64,000 bases of DNA from an uncultured Flavobacteriaceae bacterium (GTDB lineage: Bacteria > Bacteroidota > Bacteroidia > Flavobacteriales > Flavobacteriaceae). The notes under the pieces are model-generated. The model had not been told where the DNA came from and did no database searches. It saw nothing but the letters and a program-made list of their open reading frames with translations. This document shows, one piece after another, positions 1-11,141 of the stretch. A program made the translations under genes and the position numbers. Where the stretch lies: assembly GCA_905479745.1 (NCBI GenBank), contig CAJQNO010000027.1, forward strand, positions 250 through 64,249. The letters run 5' to 3'. Within the stretch, counting starts at the first letter, position 1; each line of letters starts with the position of its first letter.

Positions 1-84
1 ACCTTCGAAACCATGGCAGATCTTAAGGATGCCATTCAAAAAGACGAAGCCTTTGCCAGAAATTATTTAAAGAATTTTGGATAA
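1..84 (+). CDS. 3' end of an unidentified CDS (partial, enters from the left edge)
   Basis: Frame 1 is open from base 1 (TFETMADLKDAIQKDEAFARNYLKNFG*) and ends at TAA 82-84. It is too short to assign a family. Confidence 0.3.
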   Translation, partial: TFETMADLKDAIQKDEAFARNYLKNFG

Positions 85-1405
85 GATCCTTTTCAGGCAT
101 ATCGACAATACAGGGCTCGTACTCTGGCGGGTTGTATTTGGATTGCTTATTACCATTGAAGCTTTTGGAGCCATCGCCACCGGATGGGTGAAACGAACCC
201 TCATAGAACCGGAATTTACTTTCAACTTTATAGGTTTCGATTTTTTACAGCCTCTCCCGGGTAACGGCATGTATTTTTATTTTGCTCTCATGGGTGTTTT
301 TGGACTCTGCGTCATGCTTGGGTACAAGTATCGATATAGTATGGCCGCTTATGCCCTGATGTGGACAGCGGTATATTTAATGCAGAAAACATCATACAAT
401 AACCACTATTACCTGATGATGTTACTCTGTTGGATCATGGTCTTTTTACCGGTCAATCGATGGTTTTCTCTCGATGCTCGGCAAAATCCGACACTAAAAT
501 CTCCCTCAATGCCGCAGTGGGTGAAGATCACCGTAATATTACAAGTTGGGATCGTGTACACCTACGCTTCCATTGCAAAGTTATACCCGGACTGGCTGGA
601 TGCAACCGTAGCCCAATACTTCATGAGCGGGAAAAAGCACTACTGGTTAATTGGTGATCTCCTGCAACAAAGCTGGGTACACTGGTGCATTGCCTATGTA
701 GGGATTTTATTCGATCTTCTCATTGTGCCACTTTTACTCTGGAAACGAACGCGTGTGGTTGCTTTCTGGATTTCGGTCTTCTTTCACCTGTTCAATTCGA
801 TCGTATTCCAGATAGGTATCTTTCCTTATATGTCGATGGCGTTTGCCTTTTTCTTTTTTTCTTCGGAAACATTACAAAAATGGTTTCTTCGGAAGAGAAA
901 AGTTGTCTATACCGACGAGCAAATAATTGTCCCGAAATATAAACCGATTCTCATAAGCGTTCTCTCTGTTTATTTCATTTTACAATTGTCACTTCCACTT
1001 CGCCATTGGTTCTTTAAAGACGATGTTCTCTGGACCGAAGAAGCACATCGCCTTAGCTGGCGAATGATGCTGCGCTCAAAAAGAGGACTACTAACGGTCT
1101 GGATAGAGGATAAATCCACAGGAGAAAGAGAACGATACGGATATTCGAGTTTGCTAAGTGCAAAACAGAATCGAAATGTGAGAACCAAGCCCGACCTATT
1201 GTGGCAATTAGCACAGCGTATTAAAAAGATCGAGGCAGAAAAAGGTAGGGATGTGGCTGTATTTATGGATGTTCAAGTAAAGGTAAACGACGGCGAATTC
1301 CATCGACTAATCGATCTTGAAACCGACCTCGCCGCTCAAAAATGGCATCATTTTAAACATCACGAATGGATACTTACTTCCCCGGATGATTATCATAAAA
1401 AATAA
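77..1405 (+). CDS. HTTM domain-containing membrane protein (vitamin K-dependent gamma-carboxylase-like fold)
   Basis: 442-aa polytopic ORF. N-terminus LFRHIDNTGLVLWRVVFGLL...GWV...FNFIGFDFLQPLPGNGMYFYF...YNNHYYL is the pattern I associate with HTTM proteins. TTG start overlaps the upstream stop. Confidence 0.7.
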   Translation: MDKILFRHIDNTGLVLWRVVFGLLITIEAFGAIATGWVKRTLIEPEFTFNFIGFDFLQPLPGNGMYFYFALMGVFGLCVMLGYKYRYSMAAYALMWTAVYLMQKTSYNNHYYLMMLLCWIMVFLPVNRWFSLDARQNPTLKSPSMPQWVKITVILQVGIVYTYASIAKLYPDWLDATVAQYFMSGKKHYWLIGDLLQQSWVHWCIAYVGILFDLLIVPLLLWKRTRVVAFWISVFFHLFNSIVFQIGIFPYMSMAFAFFFFSSETLQKWFLRKRKVVYTDEQIIVPKYKPILISVLSVYFILQLSLPLRHWFFKDDVLWTEEAHRLSWRMMLRSKRGLLTVWIEDKSTGERERYGYSSLLSAKQNRNVRTKPDLLWQLAQRIKKIEAEKGRDVAVFMDVQVKVNDGEFHRLIDLETDLAAQKWHHFKHHEWILTSPDDYHKK

Positions 1406-1487
1406 GGACTTAAGCAGGCATTTTTACTAACTTTGCCCCTGCTCTCTTATGGTTTGATCATGGAGAGTGTTTAAATTTTAAAGGCAG

Positions 1488-2759
1488 ATGTTACAGGTAA
1501 ACGAAATTCGCGAACAAAAAGAAGCATTTATAAAGGCCCTTGCTAAAAGAGGCATGGATGCCAGGGCAGATATTGAAGCCGTTTTACAGGCAGATGAGGA
1601 AAGGCGGAGCACCCAGGCTAAACTTGATGAAACCCTGGCCGAATCGAATAGATATTCTAAGGAGATCGGGATGCTCTTCAAGAACGGAGAGACCGACAAA
1701 GCCAACGCTTTGAAAGAAAAAACTGTAGCGCTTAAAGAGGAGTCGAAAGTGCTGCAGGAACAACTTTCAACTGCCACCGATACCTTGGAGCAGCTGTTGT
1801 ACATACTGCCCAACATCCCGCACGAAAGTGTCCCTGCCGGTACCGATGAGAATGATAATGAAGAGGTATTTTCGGAGGGAGAGATTCCCGCCTTGAGTGG
1901 TGATGCCCTGCCCCATTGGGAACTCGCCAAAAAATACGACCTGATCGATTTTGAGTTGGGTGTAAAGGTAACCGGAGCGGGATTTCCTGTGTTTAAAGGA
2001 AAAGGTGCCAAATTACAACGAGCTCTTATTACCTATTTCCTCGATAAGAATACCGCCGCCGGATACACCGAATACCAGGTTCCTCATCTTGTGAACGAAG
2101 CCAGTGGATACGGTACCGGGCAACTTCCCGATAAGGAAGGACAGATGTATCACGTTACCGGTGACGACCTGTATTTAATCCCGACCGCCGAAGTTCCGGT
2201 AACCAATTTGTTTCGAGGAGACCTGTTGATGCATAATCAGCTACCCATTTGCTGTACGGGTTATACCCCTTGCTTTAGAAGAGAAGCAGGAAGTTATGGG
2301 GCTCATGTGCGTGGGCTCAATCGCCTGCATCAATTTGATAAAGTAGAGATCGTACGAATAGAACATCCCGATAATAGCTATTCAGCTCTGGATGGAATGG
2401 TAGAACACGTGAAAGGGATTCTTCGCGAACTTAAATTACCCTATCGCATTTTAAGGCTATGCGGGGGTGATCTTGGGTTTACTTCCGCCCTTACCTACGA
2501 TTTCGAGGTGTTTTCAACAGCACAGGATCGCTGGCTGGAAATTTCTTCGGTCTCTAATTTTGAAACTTTCCAGGCGAACCGTCTCAAACTTCGATTTAAA
2601 GATGCCGATGGAAAGAATCAACTAGTACATACTCTTAATGGAAGCGCTCTGGCCCTCCCAAGGGTTATTGCAGGTATTCTTGAAAATTATCAGACCCCGG
2701 AAGGTATAAAGATCCCCGATGTACTTGTTCCCTATTGTGGATTTGATATGATCGCCTAA
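1488..2759 (+). CDS. serS: seryl-tRNA synthetase
   Basis: 423 aa. N-terminal coiled-coil arm (MLQVNEIREQKEAFIKAL...) followed by a class II core (FRREAGSYG, GSALALPRVIAGILENYQ). Confidence 0.95.
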   Translation: MLQVNEIREQKEAFIKALAKRGMDARADIEAVLQADEERRSTQAKLDETLAESNRYSKEIGMLFKNGETDKANALKEKTVALKEESKVLQEQLSTATDTLEQLLYILPNIPHESVPAGTDENDNEEVFSEGEIPALSGDALPHWELAKKYDLIDFELGVKVTGAGFPVFKGKGAKLQRALITYFLDKNTAAGYTEYQVPHLVNEASGYGTGQLPDKEGQMYHVTGDDLYLIPTAEVPVTNLFRGDLLMHNQLPICCTGYTPCFRREAGSYGAHVRGLNRLHQFDKVEIVRIEHPDNSYSALDGMVEHVKGILRELKLPYRILRLCGGDLGFTSALTYDFEVFSTAQDRWLEISSVSNFETFQANRLKLRFKDADGKNQLVHTLNGSALALPRVIAGILENYQTPEGIKIPDVLVPYCGFDMIA

Positions 2760-2815
2760 GAAGCGGCCTTGTTTTTGATATACCTTTTCCGGTATCATTT
2801 CGTTATATTTACCCT

Positions 2816-4597
2816 ATGCGCGTTATAGTACTTTTACTCTTATTGGCGCTGGCCACACCCTGTGTTGGCCAGAACGAGCTATTGGCCAAAAATTATTTCG
2901 ACAGGGGAGAATACGATAAAGCCCTTTCCCTTTATGATAAACTGTACAGTAAAAATCCCGGCCGTCTCGATTTCTTTCTGTACATCATTCAGTCTAACCA
3001 ACAGTTGGAAAAGTTCTCTGTTGCTGAAGAAATGCTGATCGAAAAATTGAGTGGCCGTAGAGTGATACCTCAGTTGTATGTGGAGTTAGGCTATAATTAT
3101 TCTTTACAGGATAAGGATTCGTTGTCCCAGGTGAATTATCGAAAAGCGATCGAGTACACGTTTGAAAATCCTGTATACGCTTACTCGATAGGAAAGAGTT
3201 TTGAAGAATACAGCTTGCTGGACGAGGCGGTAGAAGTGTACGAATCTGCCATGGACAGGGATCCCAATAAGGATTATAATGTTCAACTGGCAAGGATCTA
3301 TGGCGAATTGGGGAAGTTGGAAGAAATGTTCGACACTTACCTCAACCTTATGCAGAGCAATCCGGCATACCGCTCTATTGCAAAGCGAAATTTTAGTCAG
3401 TATGTCACCGAAGACCCCACTAACGAAGCCAATGTTATTCTTCGGAAAACACTATTGAAGAAATCGCAATCCAATCCGGATGTTTTGTATAACGAGCTTC
3501 TTAGCTGGCTTTTCATTCAGCAAAAAGATTTTAAGAAGGCTTTTACCCAGGAGAAGGCAATTTACAGAAGAGCCCAAAGAGATCTAACCGGGATAGTGGA
3601 TCTGGCCCTCATCGCAATGGGAGAAAATGAATACGAGAGTGCAAGAGAGATCGTGGATTTCATCATAGAGAATGCACCCACAATACAGGCCGCAATGCAA
3701 GGCCAGCAATACCGAATGAAGATCATGCTGGATACTGCTCAGCCAAAAGACTATCCCCGAATAGAAACCGAGTTTGAAAATTTACTTGAGAGCTTTGGGA
3801 AAAATGGCAATTCATACGGATTACAGTTAGACTATAATCACTTTCTCGCATTTCAGGCAGGAAAGAAAGAAAAAGCGATTGCCAACTTAAAGATCCTAGC
3901 GAATGAGGAATTGTCTATTTATCAGCAGGCAAGAGTAAAAATGGAACTGGCAGATATACTTGTATTTGATGAAAAATTCAATCAGGCACTTATCTACTAT
4001 TCTCAAATTCAGAAAAAAGTAAAGAACGATGTGCTTGCACAGGAAGCCAGGTTTAAGGTAGCAAAGACCAGTTATTACAAATGAGACTTTCAATGGGCCC
4101 AAGTGCAGTTAAATGTGTTAAAGAAATCTTCTTCCCAACTTATCTCCAATGACGCTATGGAATTAAGCCTGATGATCCGTGATAATTCGCTGGAGGATTC
4201 TACGCAAACCGCACTTAAAAAATTTGCACGGGCAGATCTGTTGGCACTACAGAACAGATTCCCGGAGGCAATTGCCGCATTGGACGAAATTTTACAAAAT
4301 CACAAAGGCGAAAAGATTGAAGACGAAGCTTTATTGAAGCAGGGGAAGTTGTTCGAAATCACCCTGCAGTTTGAAAAAGCAGAAGCTAACTACCAAAAAA
4401 TCATCGAATTCTACAAGGAGGATATCCTGGCAGACGATGCTTTTTTCCATCTGGCCAAATTATATGAGAACCAACTAGGAGCACCCGAAAAAGCCAAAGA
4501 CCTCTATGAACAGATCATCTATGACTTTGCGGATAGTATTTATTTTGTGGAGGCCCGAAAGCGTTTCAGGATGTTAAGAGGGGATGCAATAGAATAG
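2816..4597 (+). pseudogene. TPR-repeat protein interrupted by one in-frame TGA (4082-4084); reads as ORFs 2816-4084 and 4103-4597
   Basis: Both ORFs are in the same frame (4103-2816 is divisible by 3). The reading ...AKTSYYK*DFQWAQVQLNVLK... continues smoothly across the stop. There is a signal peptide at the N-terminus and TPR-like repeats on both sides. Confidence 0.6.
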
Positions 4598-4620
4598 GAC
4601 TTTCCACTAATTTCAATTCA

Positions 4621-4929
4621 ATGTATATATACAACGTAACAATAAATATAGACGAAGACATCCATGATACATGGTTACAATGGATGCAAACCGAACACAT
4701 CCCGGCCATGCTTGACACAGGAAAATTTAGTAAAGCCCTGATGACCCGTGTACGGGTGGAGGAAGAAATGGGTGGGATCACTTATTCTATTCAATATCGA
4801 ACAGATTCGCTTGAAACACTTCAGAAATATTACAAAGAGAATGCTCCTTCCCTAAGAGCACAAAGCAAACCCTTTGAGGGCAAATTTGTAGCTTTTCGTA
4901 CCGAACTTGAAGTTGTTAGTGAACAATAA
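4621..4929 (+). CDS. DUF4286 family protein
   Basis: 102 aa. MYIYNVTINIDEDIHDTWLQWMQTEHIPAMLDTGKF matches my recollection of the DUF4286 N-terminus. Confidence 0.65.
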   Translation: MYIYNVTINIDEDIHDTWLQWMQTEHIPAMLDTGKFSKALMTRVRVEEEMGGITYSIQYRTDSLETLQKYYKENAPSLRAQSKPFEGKFVAFRTELEVVSEQ

Positions 4930-4953
4930 GCACATGCTATCTGTGCTAGTGTT

Positions 4954-6534
4954 CTAATTAATTTGAGGCGATTCCTCCATCACGATAAATTCAACCCTTC
5001 TATTTAATTCGTGTTCTTCTTCGGTGCATCGCGTACAGTCGATCAAAGGAGAACTCTCCCCAAATCCAGACGGGATCATCCTGTCTAAAGCAATACCTTT
5101 TGCGGCCAGATAATCTACCGTAGATTTGGCCCTTGCAAGTGATAACCTTAAATTGTAGTTATCGTTCCCACGATTGTCTGTATGTGCATTAATAGCAACT
5201 TTCATTTCCGGGTTCTCTCTAAGCGTACGATATACTTTATTTAAAGTGATGGTAGAAATTGGCTTTATCACGGCACTGTCAAAATCAAATTGAATATTCT
5301 CAATTTTAATATATGTCTTTTCCTCGGTGGTGACGATCTCCGCGGCTATGATCTTTAAAACAACATCTTGTTTAAATATTTCGGTTTTATTATCGGTATC
5401 GAACATGGTAAAACCTGTTTGAAATCCGTCTATCTCGGCGGTTAGGGTATAGTTTTCGAAAGGCAGCACCTGGAATTGGAAGTTACCCTCACTATCTGAA
5501 AGCACACTTCCTACTTCATTACCATCTGTATCAGTTAATTGTACAGAAGTGCCTGCTAATGGAAGTCCAGTGTCAAAATCCAGTACTTTACCCGTCACTT
5601 GTTGTTCTAATCTGGATTCAGTATATCGATATATGTCGAAGCTACCTTCTCCCTCACTTCTATTTGAAGTAAAATATCCCAGCATTTCTTCTGCAGGGAT
5701 AAAGGCAACTTCATCAGCCGTAGAATTGAGTGTATTACCTAAATTTACAATATGCTTGTATCCTTCCCTGGTTTTTCGAGTTTTGAAAATATCGAAACCT
5801 CCCAGGCCCGGATGCCCATTAGAGGCAAAATATAAAAACTTACCATCGGGAGAAGTATGTGGAAACTTTTCGTCCATTACGGTATTGATATTTCCCTCTA
5901 CAGCTTCAACAGGTCCAAAAGTGCCATCTTCCATTATATTTATCTTGTAAATATCGAAACCACCCACAGATCCCGGCATATCCGATGCAAAGTAAAGCGT
6001 ACGACCGTCATTGCTGAGATGCGGATTTTCAATCGAATAGGATTCACTGTTAAAGCTCATGGGGGTAATATTCTCCCATCGACCCAATTTTACCGGATCC
6101 ATTTTAGCCATGAACAATTGGTACAATTGGGTATTCCCTTTCAAATTGGTGGTGAAATACATGGTAAAACCATCTTCCGTAAAAGTAACGGTTCCCAGGT
6201 TCTCATTTTTATTCAACACATAAGAGAACAACAAAGGACGTTCCAGATCCCAATCGGGCAGGATGTCGTTACAGAATAGATTGGTAAAAGGTTCTCCGGT
6301 AATAGGGTCCTGTCTGGCAAATGCGCCAATTTTTCTGGACGAATAAGAAATGAACTTATCCCGAAACAAACAGGAGCCATAGTCTGAATAAGAGGTGTTT
6401 ATTCCAGTGGTAAGGGTCTCGAATCTGAAGCCATTATCATCGATATTAGAGTTGAAATTGTCGGTTCTTCCGTTTTGGGAAAAGCCAATAAATGCGACAA
6501 GAATCGCCACAAGCAATAGGGGATATTTAATCAT
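4954..6534 (-). CDS. OmpA family outer-membrane/peptidoglycan-associated protein with TolB-like beta-propeller and CarboxypepD_reg-like domains
   Basis: 526 aa with a signal peptide. Repeated ...DG..LYF.S... propeller blades. C-terminal OmpA_C motif (FDFDSAVIKP...NAHTDNRGNDNYNLRLSLARAKSTVDYL...NRRVEF). Confidence 0.85.
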   Translation of the reverse strand: MIKYPLLLVAILVAFIGFSQNGRTDNFNSNIDDNGFRFETLTTGINTSYSDYGSCLFRDKFISYSSRKIGAFARQDPITGEPFTNLFCNDILPDWDLERPLLFSYVLNKNENLGTVTFTEDGFTMYFTTNLKGNTQLYQLFMAKMDPVKLGRWENITPMSFNSESYSIENPHLSNDGRTLYFASDMPGSVGGFDIYKINIMEDGTFGPVEAVEGNINTVMDEKFPHTSPDGKFLYFASNGHPGLGGFDIFKTRKTREGYKHIVNLGNTLNSTADEVAFIPAEEMLGYFTSNRSEGEGSFDIYRYTESRLEQQVTGKVLDFDTGLPLAGTSVQLTDTDGNEVGSVLSDSEGNFQFQVLPFENYTLTAEIDGFQTGFTMFDTDNKTEIFKQDVVLKIIAAEIVTTEEKTYIKIENIQFDFDSAVIKPISTITLNKVYRTLRENPEMKVAINAHTDNRGNDNYNLRLSLARAKSTVDYLAAKGIALDRMIPSGFGESSPLIDCTRCTEEEHELNRRVEFIVMEESPQIN

Positions 6535-6732
6535 TTTTGTGAGGTTTGATGAGTTTGAACTGCGCTAAGCGGGTACAATTACAAAGTAAAGCTACAACTT
6601 ATAGAGAAATTTCCTACAAATTTTTGGTGAACAGGACAAACTATCGATGAATGGTTAAAACATAAGTTATTGGGTGCTGTTTTTTTATTTCTGAAGGTTT
6701 GTCATCCTAATACAATATGTACCTTTATATCC

Positions 6733-7527
6733 ATGCATAAACCCATACGGGCAAAAAAACATCTGGGGCAGCATTTTCTTCATGATGAGGGAATAGCCGA
6801 AAAAATAGCGAATACGCTTACCGATACCTCCTGCAATAATGTTTTGGAAATTGGCCCAGGCATGGGTATACTTACTAAATACCTACTTGAAAAACCCATC
6901 CAACTCATCGCTTTGGATCTGGATAAAGAGTCGGTAGATTATTTAAGATCGCATTTTAAAGGCAAACCCCTGGAGATCGTAGAAGCAGATTTTCTTAAAT
7001 ACGACCTATCGTCTGTTTTCCCCGATCAACCTTTTGCCATTACCGGGAATTTCCCTTACAATATCTCGACACAGATTGTTTTTAAATTATTAGAGCACCG
7101 GGACAGGATCCCTCTATTTACCGGTATGTTTCAGAAGGAAGTCGCTCAACGTATTTGCGCTAACGAAGGAAGTAAAACGTATGGTATCCTTTCGGTTTTA
7201 ACTCAAGCCTTTTACACAGCAGAGTATCTGTTTACGGTAAAACCAGGAGTTTTTAATCCCCCTCCCAAGGTGGATAGCGGAGTACTTCGCCTTAGCCGTA
7301 AAAAGGATTACACCCTTCCCTGCGATGAAAAACTATTTTTCAAAGTTGTAAAAACAGCTTTTCAACAAAGGCGAAAAACCCTGCGTAACTCCTTAAAAAT
7401 CTTTAATCTTTCTCAAAAACTAAAAGAAGATACTATCTTTGGCCTTAGGCCGGAACAACTTTCGGTCGAGGCGTTTATTTCACTCACACTAAAGATAGAA
7501 GAAGATGCAGTTTCAGCTAACAACTGA
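6733..7527 (+). CDS. rsmA: 16S rRNA (adenine1518/1519-N6)-dimethyltransferase
   Basis: [29 protein letters not shown] (SAM motif), GNFPYNIST. Internal ATG at 6733 preferred over the ORF-track start at 6670. Confidence 0.9.
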   Translation: MHKPIRAKKHLGQHFLHDEGIAEKIANTLTDTSCNNVLEIGPGMGILTKYLLEKPIQLIALDLDKESVDYLRSHFKGKPLEIVEADFLKYDLSSVFPDQPFAITGNFPYNISTQIVFKLLEHRDRIPLFTGMFQKEVAQRICANEGSKTYGILSVLTQAFYTAEYLFTVKPGVFNPPPKVDSGVLRLSRKKDYTLPCDEKLFFKVVKTAFQQRRKTLRNSLKIFNLSQKLKEDTIFGLRPEQLSVEAFISLTLKIEEDAVSANN

Positions 7528-8854
7528 TTTCATTTCTCAGATCGAGCAGCTCATTTCTGTAAAGGACGGGAAAGGGCTACAGGAGTTGTTGCATGAACTT
7601 CACTTTGCCGATGTGGCCGAGATCCTGGAGGAGCTGAACAGCGACGACGCAACTTACCTCATCAAACTTCTTGAGAGTGAAATCACTTCGGAGGCACTGA
7701 TGGAACTTGATGACGATGTTAGGGAAAAGATCCTCAGCAGGTTATCCCCCAAGGAAATTGCCGAGGAACTCCAGGAAATGGATACCGATGACGCCGCCGA
7801 TATCGTAGCCGAACTGGATGATGAGATCCAACAGGAGGTTATAGAAAAGATCGAGGACGACCTGTTAGCTGCCGATATCGTCGAACTACTTAATTACGAC
7901 GAGGATACGGCCGGAGCCTTAATGGCAAAGGAGCTTGTAAAAGTTAAGGAAACCTGGACCGTAGCGGGCTGTGTTCGAGAAATGAGACGCCAGGCTAAAA
8001 ACGTTACTCGTGTCCATTCCATTTATGTAACCGATAAAGACGGAAAACTAAAAGGCAGGTTGTCTCTAAAAGACTTGCTCACAGCACCTGAAAAAGCACA
8101 TATTAGTGAAGTATATATCCCAAAAGTAGATTACGTAACAGTTAATACCGAAAACGAAGAAGTAGCCCGAATTATGCATAAATACGATCTGGAGGCCATT
8201 CCGGTGATCAATGAAGACGGTATTCTTATGGGACGAATTACCATTGATGATATTATGGATTTCATAAAGGATGAGGCTGAGAAGGATTATCAAATGGCAG
8301 CGGGTATCTCTAGTGATGTGGAAGCCGATGATAGTATCTGGCAGCTCACACGTGCACGATTACCATGGCTAGTTCTCGGGCTCCTGGGCGGTTTGGGCAG
8401 TGTGTACATTATGCAGGGATTTGAAGAAGCACTTACCCAATACCCCATTCTCTTTTTCTTTACACCGTTAATTGCGGCCATGGCAGGTAACGTAGGTGTA
8501 CAGTCCAGTGCGATCATCGTGCAGGGGCTGGCAAACGACAATGTAAAAGGCAGCCTCTTCAACCGGCTTTTAAAAGAAGTTGGCCTGGCATTGATAAACG
8601 GACTCGCCCTGGGTTTACTGGTTATTCTCTTTGGCACTATCGTAGGGCAAGATCAATTGGTTAGTATCACCATTGCGGTGTCTATGTTATCTGTGATCAT
8701 AGTAGCTGCTTTAGTGGGTACCTTTGTGCCTATAGTCCTCGATAAGCGCGGTATCGATCCGGCCATAGCAACCGGCCCTTTTATAACCACCAGTAATGAT
8801 ATCTTCGGAATTTTCCTGTTCTTCTGGATATCTAAAATCATTCTTCATTTTTGA
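7505..8854 (+). CDS. mgtE: magnesium transporter MgtE
   Basis: 449 aa with an acidic N-domain, tandem CBS domains and a C-terminal 5-TM MgtE domain ([30 protein letters not shown]). Confidence 0.92.
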   Translation: MQFQLTTDFISQIEQLISVKDGKGLQELLHELHFADVAEILEELNSDDATYLIKLLESEITSEALMELDDDVREKILSRLSPKEIAEELQEMDTDDAADIVAELDDEIQQEVIEKIEDDLLAADIVELLNYDEDTAGALMAKELVKVKETWTVAGCVREMRRQAKNVTRVHSIYVTDKDGKLKGRLSLKDLLTAPEKAHISEVYIPKVDYVTVNTENEEVARIMHKYDLEAIPVINEDGILMGRITIDDIMDFIKDEAEKDYQMAAGISSDVEADDSIWQLTRARLPWLVLGLLGGLGSVYIMQGFEEALTQYPILFFFTPLIAAMAGNVGVQSSAIIVQGLANDNVKGSLFNRLLKEVGLALINGLALGLLVILFGTIVGQDQLVSITIAVSMLSVIIVAALVGTFVPIVLDKRGIDPAIATGPFITTSNDIFGIFLFFWISKIILHF

Positions 8855-9246
8855 ATCCCGAGATTTACAGCCTGCACATCACCGTTCCGGCATCGGCTAT
8901 CGATAACCGAGGACATGTAAACAACCTAACATACCTGCAATGGTGCCTGGATGCGGCCGAAAAACACTGGGAGCGTAATGCCTCTGAAGACCTTCGGAAG
9001 AAATATGTGTGGTATGTACTACGCCATGAAATAGACTATAAGGCAGCCGCTTTTGAAGGCGAAGAATTGCAAATCGATACCTGGGTGGCCACCGCTGAAG
9101 GAGTGCGAAGTAAAAGGTGTTATAAAATAATTAGAAGTAGTGATAAGAAGCTACTGGTGGAAGCAAGTACCATTTGGTGTCTTCTGTCTACTGAAAATTT
9201 AAAACCCACCAAAATTCCTGAAGAAATTCGTACTTTGTTTGAATAA
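8851..9246 (+). CDS. acyl-CoA thioesterase (hotdog fold, YbgC/4HBT-like)
   Basis: 131 aa. VPASAIDNRGHVNNLTYLQW is the typical 4HBT catalytic region. TTG start overlaps the mgtE stop. Confidence 0.7.
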   Translation: MNPEIYSLHITVPASAIDNRGHVNNLTYLQWCLDAAEKHWERNASEDLRKKYVWYVLRHEIDYKAAAFEGEELQIDTWVATAEGVRSKRCYKIIRSSDKKLLVEASTIWCLLSTENLKPTKIPEEIRTLFE

Positions 9247-9258
9247 AAATGAGGTGCT

Positions 9259-9624
9259 ATGAAGCCTATTAATATTCAGGATAAATTCGAGAAATTTACA
9301 GATCACTGGCATCCTCACCGCATAGCGGTTGTGGACGATATGCAGGTGCTGTTGGCCAAAATAAAAGGTGAGTTTGTTTGGCATGCTCATGAAGAAGAAG
9401 ACGAATTGTTCTTTGTACAGAAAGGAGTGCTTGAAATGCATTTCCGCGATAGAGTAGAGATCGTACATCCCGGGGAGATCATTGTGGTTCCGAAAGGAGT
9501 AGAACATTGTCCCAAAAGCCGTGATGAGGAGGAAGTCCATCTCTTGCTTTTTGAGAAACTAAGTACCAAACATACTGGAGAGGTTTTAGATAAAAAGACA
9601 CGAACTAAATACCCAATGATCTAG
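9259..9624 (+). CDS. cupin domain-containing protein
   Basis: 121 aa. GEFVWHAHEEEDELFFVQKG...GEIIVVPKGVEHCP gives the two cupin motifs. Confidence 0.7.
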   Translation: MKPINIQDKFEKFTDHWHPHRIAVVDDMQVLLAKIKGEFVWHAHEEEDELFFVQKGVLEMHFRDRVEIVHPGEIIVVPKGVEHCPKSRDEEEVHLLLFEKLSTKHTGEVLDKKTRTKYPMI

Positions 9625-9626
9625 CG

Positions 9627-10577
9627 ATGCAAATACTTCACCTGGATACAAACCATCCCATATTGATAGAACAACTTGCCCAGGCCGGTTTTACCAATAC
9701 CGAGAATTATACGGGATCCAGGGAGGAAATTAAAGGGATGATCCACAAGTACGACGGAATTGTGATCCGTAGTCGATTCGATATCGATCGCGAATTTATC
9801 AATGCGGCTACGAAGCTGAAATTCATTGCCCGAGTAGGCGCAGGCCTGGAAAGTATCGATACAGAATATGCCGAGTCCAGAGGCATTGAACTCATTGCCG
9901 CCCCAGAGGGTAACCGCAATGCCGTTGGCGAACACGCGCTGGGCATGCTGCTTTCTTTATTCAATAATCTAAATAAAGCCGACCGCGAAGTTCGTAGCGG
10001 CCATTGGAACAGGGAAGCTAACCGCGGAACAGAACTCGACGGGAAGATCGTAGGCCTGATAGGTTACGGAAATATGGGAAAAGCCTTCGCCGAAAAAATG
10101 AACGGATTTAATTGTACGGTACTTTGTTACGATATCAAGGAGGGAGTAGGAAATAAAAATGCGACACAGGTTTCCCTCAAAACACTGCAACAGATGAGCG
10201 ATGTGGTTAGCCTGCATACCCCCTGGACTCCGGAAACCGATAAAATGGTGGATGCCGGATTTATTTCAAATTTCAGTAAACCCTTTTGGTTTCTAAACAC
10301 GGCTCGCGGTAAAAGTGTGGTTACGGCAGACCTGGTCGCTGCCCTGAGATCGGGGAAGGTGCTGGGTGCAGGGCTGGACGTACTCGAATATGAGAAAAAT
10401 TCGTTCGAATCGTTATTTACTTCCGAAGAGATCCCATATACATTAAAGGAGCTAATACAGATGGACAATGTGATTTTAAGTCCGCATATCGCAGGATGGA
10501 CTGTGGAAAGCAAGCGAAAACTGGCAGAAACAATTTTCGAAAAGATCGTAAAGGGTTTTCCAATCAGGAAGAGATAA
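9627..10577 (+). CDS. D-isomer-specific 2-hydroxyacid dehydrogenase family (phosphoglycerate dehydrogenase-like)
   Basis: 316 aa. GLIGYGNMGKAFA Rossmann motif, LNTARG, SPHIAGWT catalytic His region. Confidence 0.85.
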   Translation: MQILHLDTNHPILIEQLAQAGFTNTENYTGSREEIKGMIHKYDGIVIRSRFDIDREFINAATKLKFIARVGAGLESIDTEYAESRGIELIAAPEGNRNAVGEHALGMLLSLFNNLNKADREVRSGHWNREANRGTELDGKIVGLIGYGNMGKAFAEKMNGFNCTVLCYDIKEGVGNKNATQVSLKTLQQMSDVVSLHTPWTPETDKMVDAGFISNFSKPFWFLNTARGKSVVTADLVAALRSGKVLGAGLDVLEYEKNSFESLFTSEEIPYTLKELIQMDNVILSPHIAGWTVESKRKLAETIFEKIVKGFPIRKR

Positions 10578-10620
10578 GGAAGATGATCGTTAATAACCAA
10601 AGAATTTTCTACTTTTAAGT

Positions 10621-11040
10621 GTGAAGAAAACGATCGTAGTTTTTACGCTTCTAATCATTGCCTTGCTCACGCTTTTTCAGCTGAGTAAATATAGCGTCAC
10701 TTCGGGAAGTATTCAGATGGAAGTGGTAGTTGCAGGTATTGCCTTGTTGTTCCTGCTAATAGGTTTTCTTTTGAGCCGTAGATCCTCCACTTCAGGTACT
10801 AACGCTTCCGAAGAGACAAAAATTGACCAGCGTAAAATAGAGGAATTGGGAATTAGCAGCCGCGAATATGAAATATTACAGGAAATCGCAAAAGGGCTGT
10901 CTAATAAGGAGATCGCGGAGAAATTATTTGTTTCGGAAAGCACGGTGAAGACACATGTGAGTAATCTATTTACAAAGCTTGATGTAAAACGAAGAACTCA
11001 GGCGATACAGCAGGCAAAATCGTTTAAAATCCTTACCTAA
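10621..11040 (+). CDS. membrane-anchored LuxR-family HTH transcriptional regulator
   Basis: 139 aa. Two N-terminal hydrophobic helices, then the LuxR/GerE HTH ([42 protein letters not shown]). Confidence 0.75.
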   Translation: MKKTIVVFTLLIIALLTLFQLSKYSVTSGSIQMEVVVAGIALLFLLIGFLLSRRSSTSGTNASEETKIDQRKIEELGISSREYEILQEIAKGLSNKEIAEKLFVSESTVKTHVSNLFTKLDVKRRTQAIQQAKSFKILT

Positions 11041-11141
11041 ACCGCAATTCATACTAAAGTTTGATGCGAATTGGTACTTTAGTATGAGTGTTTCGGCTGC
11101 AATCGGGTATACATTTGCTGAAACATTTATAAAAACGATCC

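Noticed and set aside
4929-4950. AGCACA...TGTGCT hairpin between the convergent DUF4286 and OmpA-family genes.
   Set aside because: The stem is short with no flanking T/A runs, so support is insufficient to call a terminator.
6670-6732. N-terminal extensions suggested by the ORF track (6670 rsmA, 12075 VOC, 30235 kinase, 35006 mfd, 56507, 58801, 59850, 60371).
   Set aside because: The extensions use alternative starts, overlap upstream genes or look non-coding. The conserved N-terminus of each family begins at the internal ATG used in the feature table.
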